DNA of 64,000 bases from Synechococcus sp. (GTDB taxonomy: Bacteria > Cyanobacteriota > Cyanobacteriia > PCC-6307 > Cyanobiaceae): assembly GCA_047285535.1 (NCBI GenBank), contig JBJBDC010000001.1, forward strand, positions 704,136 to 768,135. Direction: 5' to 3'. Shown here piece by piece: positions 62,001 to 64,000 of this stretch; position 1 is the first letter of the stretch, and each line of letters begins with the position of its first letter. A program made the position numbers and the translations under genes. The notes beneath the pieces are model-generated. The model was given only the letters and a program-made list of their open reading frames with translations, did not search any database and was not told the origin of the DNA.

Positions 62001-62580
62001 ACTGGCGGTAGCGCTGCCTCAGTGATTGGTACCAAGCCCAGAACTGATCGGTGGCGTAGGGCTGGAACGTGCCGCCGCCCAGGTACAGCTCGAACTGATC
62101 GGGTCGATGCCCAAGCAGCGGGGTGAGCAGTTCGCAGTAGGCCGAGGCCTGCACCAGGAAGGTGGTTTTCGGTTTGCTGGCGAGCTTGCACTCGATCGGG
62201 ATGTAGCTCCACTCCCCAAGCAGCGAGGAGCGATCAATGCGCTTGAGCAGGTCGGCACTGCCGCGCATCTCGTCGTTGCAGAGCGAGGCCTGGTGGATGA
62301 ACTCCACGCCTTCCGCCATCGCTTCACGGGTGGCGGCGTAGTCGGCGTCGGTTTGTTTGCCGGGCAGCCGGGCCATGCTGTGGCCTGCCTTTTCCAGCTT
62401 GGTGAGCAGCACCTGCTCGTGCCGGAGGCCATCGGCAAAGAGCTGTTGATCCAGCTCACTCACCGCTGGCTTGCTGCCTTCAAACAGCTTCTGCGCCTGC
62501 AGCTCCTCCCACCAGGCGCCGATCACTGGGCTGATGCTGAACAGCGACAGCTGGCTGGGAGTGATCAGGCGGGTGGGCAT
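59092..62580 (-). CDS. TM0106-family RecB-like nuclease / RNase H-like / SF1 helicase fusion
   Basis: GSADLL..IECK; WFDMEG, YHYAAYE, YSIKKVE, YNHEDC; QGPPGTGKS, DEAGQ, GDQQQL, GTVDKFQGQE, RLNVAISRA. Confidence 0.92.
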   Translation of the reverse strand: MPTRLITPSQLSLFSISPVIGAWWEELQAQKLFEGSKPAVSELDQQLFADGLRHEQVLLTKLEKAGHSMARLPGKQTDADYAATREAMAEGVEFIHQASLCNDEMRGSADLLKRIDRSSLLGEWSYIPIECKLASKPKTTFLVQASAYCELLTPLLGHRPDQFELYLGGGTFQPYATDQFWAWYQSLRQRYRQFREGFDPAVIPEDAPGDHGGWSTFIEQRLEEARDLMLVAGMRQSQRKKLRAAGISMIEELAAVPDGTAIPGLNGEALHELRQQAAMQLQPLDADGRPAYRLRPIETGKGLAALPAADAGDIWFDMEGIHDPVSGNKLEYLFGACYRNTPEGKPLFKAFWAHSEAEEKRAFEAWVDWVEERRVKFPGLRIYHYAAYEKTAMRHLAQQHATREAEIDSWLRSELLVDLLPIVTSSIVLGEPSYSIKKVEHLYMEARQAGVTNAGDSVVAYLHWQTSGEPAIPGDAPQASPKLQAIEDYNHEDCESTVFLHDWLLKLRREQGLPEQPLKLTTDEEQETREPYPLERLSQRLLDELPDPLTDPEANGPRGLSWRAQQLLAQLLPFHHREAKVGWWAYFDRSNKAQLSPDELIDDGEAIAAAEWTGMEERPSARTGADIHHFRFDPSQPLKLHGGDGDKRLQLELSETGLKLDVDALDAEQGQVSLKLPWSKRDQCIANGDGEGIPKGATSLIKVPADISKSIRASLEEQAEGWVDRNQKLPAAIQQLLERQPLPALKALNRELKGDPNRVSALLTDFLASNSGITLALQGPPGTGKSTVTGQVIAQLAKQGQRIAISSNSHAAINNLLKKAKSTCADAGVIGQVVKCSNSKEEAMAEAGIVVLKPGQLDASSAVVGGTTWMFCKEELADQFDWLVVDEAGQMSLANLLVMARCARSILLVGDQQQLAQPSQADHPGDSGQSCLEFWMQGEAVVPDDRGVFLPTSWRMEPSLTAMVSELFYESRLQAHQGNCANCITWSKPCQSSDGSLYPVQGLVFEAVEHSGRSVHAPEEIGRIEQLVDALLGSRYAIARGNGTEEGVLDANTILVTAPYNVQVNRLQQRLHGKARVGTVDKFQGQEAPVAIHSLTASSGDEAPRGLSFLLEPNRLNVAISRAQCLSIVVGSPGLASGVANTVAEAEQINRLCELLPKQKTK

Positions 62581-62836
62581 GGGATGGCTTGAACCTCCTT
62601 AAAATGACCTTGCACCGTGGGTTTGTGCATCCCCCACCTGAGTGAGTGAGACCCTTTAGTCCCCGGGAGCTTGCGGCGTGATCGCTTCACAGCGTTCAGT
62701 TTCAGTCGCCTGAGTGGCCTGCTTGACCTGTTGAAGCACGCAATCGATCACTGACAGCTCGAAATCACACCGCCTAAAGGGTTTTTTCTGTAATGTCACC
62801 CCATGCCAAAGGGCTTGAGGAGTAATAACTGGAGTC

Positions 62837-63715
62837 ATGGCTGCAGCAGATCAGACAGCCGCGGTTCATGAATCGAACTCGCTGATGCTGCCGGTGCGTT
62901 CCGGTCGCTGTCACGTTTGGGCTGGTCAACACCTGCCAGCCACCCATGCGGATGCACTGCCCCTGCTGGTGTGTCATGGAGGTCCAGGAGTCCCCAGCGA
63001 TTATCTGTTTCCCCTGGGCGAGCAACTGCAACGACCGGTGATCTTTTTCGACCAGTTGGGTTGTGGGCGCAGTGAGCGGCCCAGCCCCGATCTTGAGGAG
63101 TACTCAATCGCAGCTTCCGTTCAGGACCTTGTGGAGGTCATCGAAGCCTTGGTCGCCAACGCGCTGATACCGCTGCAGCAGAACCGCCCTGCTTATCACC
63201 TCTACGGCCAGTCCTTCGGCGGAATCCTGGCCTTTGAAGCCCTCACCTCAAACACTGGCCTGCCCAATCCCCGCTCGCTCTGCCTCTCCAATGTGCCGAG
63301 CTCAGTGCCCTTGCTGCTTGAAGAGGTGGAGGGATTGATGCAGGTTCTTGATGGAGACGCTGCCCGCTTTGATGCGACGCACATCTGCAGAGCCACGCCT
63401 CGTCCACCGGAATTGCTCGCTGCCTATGCAGAGGGTCATGCCGGCAGCCATTGGCGCGGCGTTGACGTCATTGCGGACTGGGCAGCGACGGAGCAAAGCC
63501 TGAGATCTCTCACCCTCCCGGTGTTACTGCTCGCTGGGGAACACGACTTCGTCACGCCCCGCTCGATAGAGGCATGGCAACAACTGGCCAACCAGCGTCT
63601 GATCATCATTCCCGGAGCAGCACACCACGCCCTGATGGAAGAGCCTGAAGTGTATGGAGCTTCCCTTGAGCGATTCCTGCGCGAGCATGACGATGCGAAG
63701 CACGCACCGTGCTGA
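62837..63715 (+). CDS. Alpha/beta hydrolase, proline iminopeptidase family
   Basis: HGGPG, FDQLGCGRS, GQSFGG, GEHD, AAHH. Confidence 0.88.
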   Translation: MAAADQTAAVHESNSLMLPVRSGRCHVWAGQHLPATHADALPLLVCHGGPGVPSDYLFPLGEQLQRPVIFFDQLGCGRSERPSPDLEEYSIAASVQDLVEVIEALVANALIPLQQNRPAYHLYGQSFGGILAFEALTSNTGLPNPRSLCLSNVPSSVPLLLEEVEGLMQVLDGDAARFDATHICRATPRPPELLAAYAEGHAGSHWRGVDVIADWAATEQSLRSLTLPVLLLAGEHDFVTPRSIEAWQQLANQRLIIIPGAAHHALMEEPEVYGASLERFLREHDDAKHAPC

Positions 63716-63730
63716 ACCAGCACACCATCC

Positions 63731-64000
63731 GTGCGTGGAGAACTTGACCAGCACGACATCCTGATCACCGCGCCCAACAACATGCAGGTGAACCGGCTCC
63801 AGAAGCGCATTGGCCACAAGGCCAGCATCGGCACGGTGGACCCATTCCAGGAGCGGGAGGCCCCTGTAGCGAACAGCCGTGCCCAGTGCCTCTCGATCGT
63901 GGTGCGCTCACCGCAGTTGGCCGCAGGGATCAGCAACAGCATTGAGAATGGGCAACGCCTCAGCCGTTTGTGCCGCTTGATGGATGCAGATTCAACCACC
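63731..64000 (+). pseudogene. Decayed inverted copy of the TM0106 helicase 3' end (runs off the window)
   Basis: LDQHDILITAPNNMQVNRLQKR..KASIGTVDPFQEREAPVA/NSRAQCLSIVV..P aligns to the TM0106 C-terminus with a 28-codon deletion. Confidence 0.88.

Noticed and set aside
59209..62592. Long + strand ORFs opposite TM0106, and similar ones opposite other GC-rich genes
   Set aside because: Antisense shadow frames caused by codon bias
1..64000. Integrase, transposase, tRNA att site or prophage explaining the island
   Set aside because: None recognised in the ORF track or sequence; the boundaries probably lie outside the window

Overview
Accessory, genomic-island-like region of a picocyanobacterium. 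Gene content (DevBCA exporter, DUF3721, HisIE, type III PKS trio, TM0106 nuclease-helicase) points to marine Synechococcus; this taxonomy is inferred, not searched. I saw no rRNA, tRNA, integrase, transposase or CRISPR array. Blocks from left to right: (1) DevBCA exporter and a patchwork of flavoenzyme, MFS and N-acetyltransferase genes with gene remnants (0.2-12.6 kb). (2) A 1324-aa RTX-type secreted protein with a GH17-like domain, three near-identical 435-bp repeats and a DUF1996 domain. (3) A thioredoxin-CcdA-ECF sigma-anti-sigma operon. (4) MscS, a flavin monooxygenase and hisIE. (5) A metal (probably Zn) limitation block marked by Fur/Zur-like palindromes: COG0523 chaperone, iota-carbonic-anhydrase-like pseudogene, CobW-C plus two atypical metallophosphoesterases, and an NrsBA/CzcBA-like pump. 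Interleaved in it are a TolC-HlyD-FUSC exporter, a type III PKS cluster and two tandem candidate sRNAs. (6) Serine hydrolase, SMR pair and small genes. (7) A defence island (49-64 kb): DUF429 nuclease, RmuC, a type I R-M system with two different HsdM subunits (NPPF and NPPY, predicted m6A/m4C), an adjacent TM0106 nuclease-helicase, and a decayed inverted copy of that gene's 3' end. All family calls come from motif recognition by eye; no database search was run.
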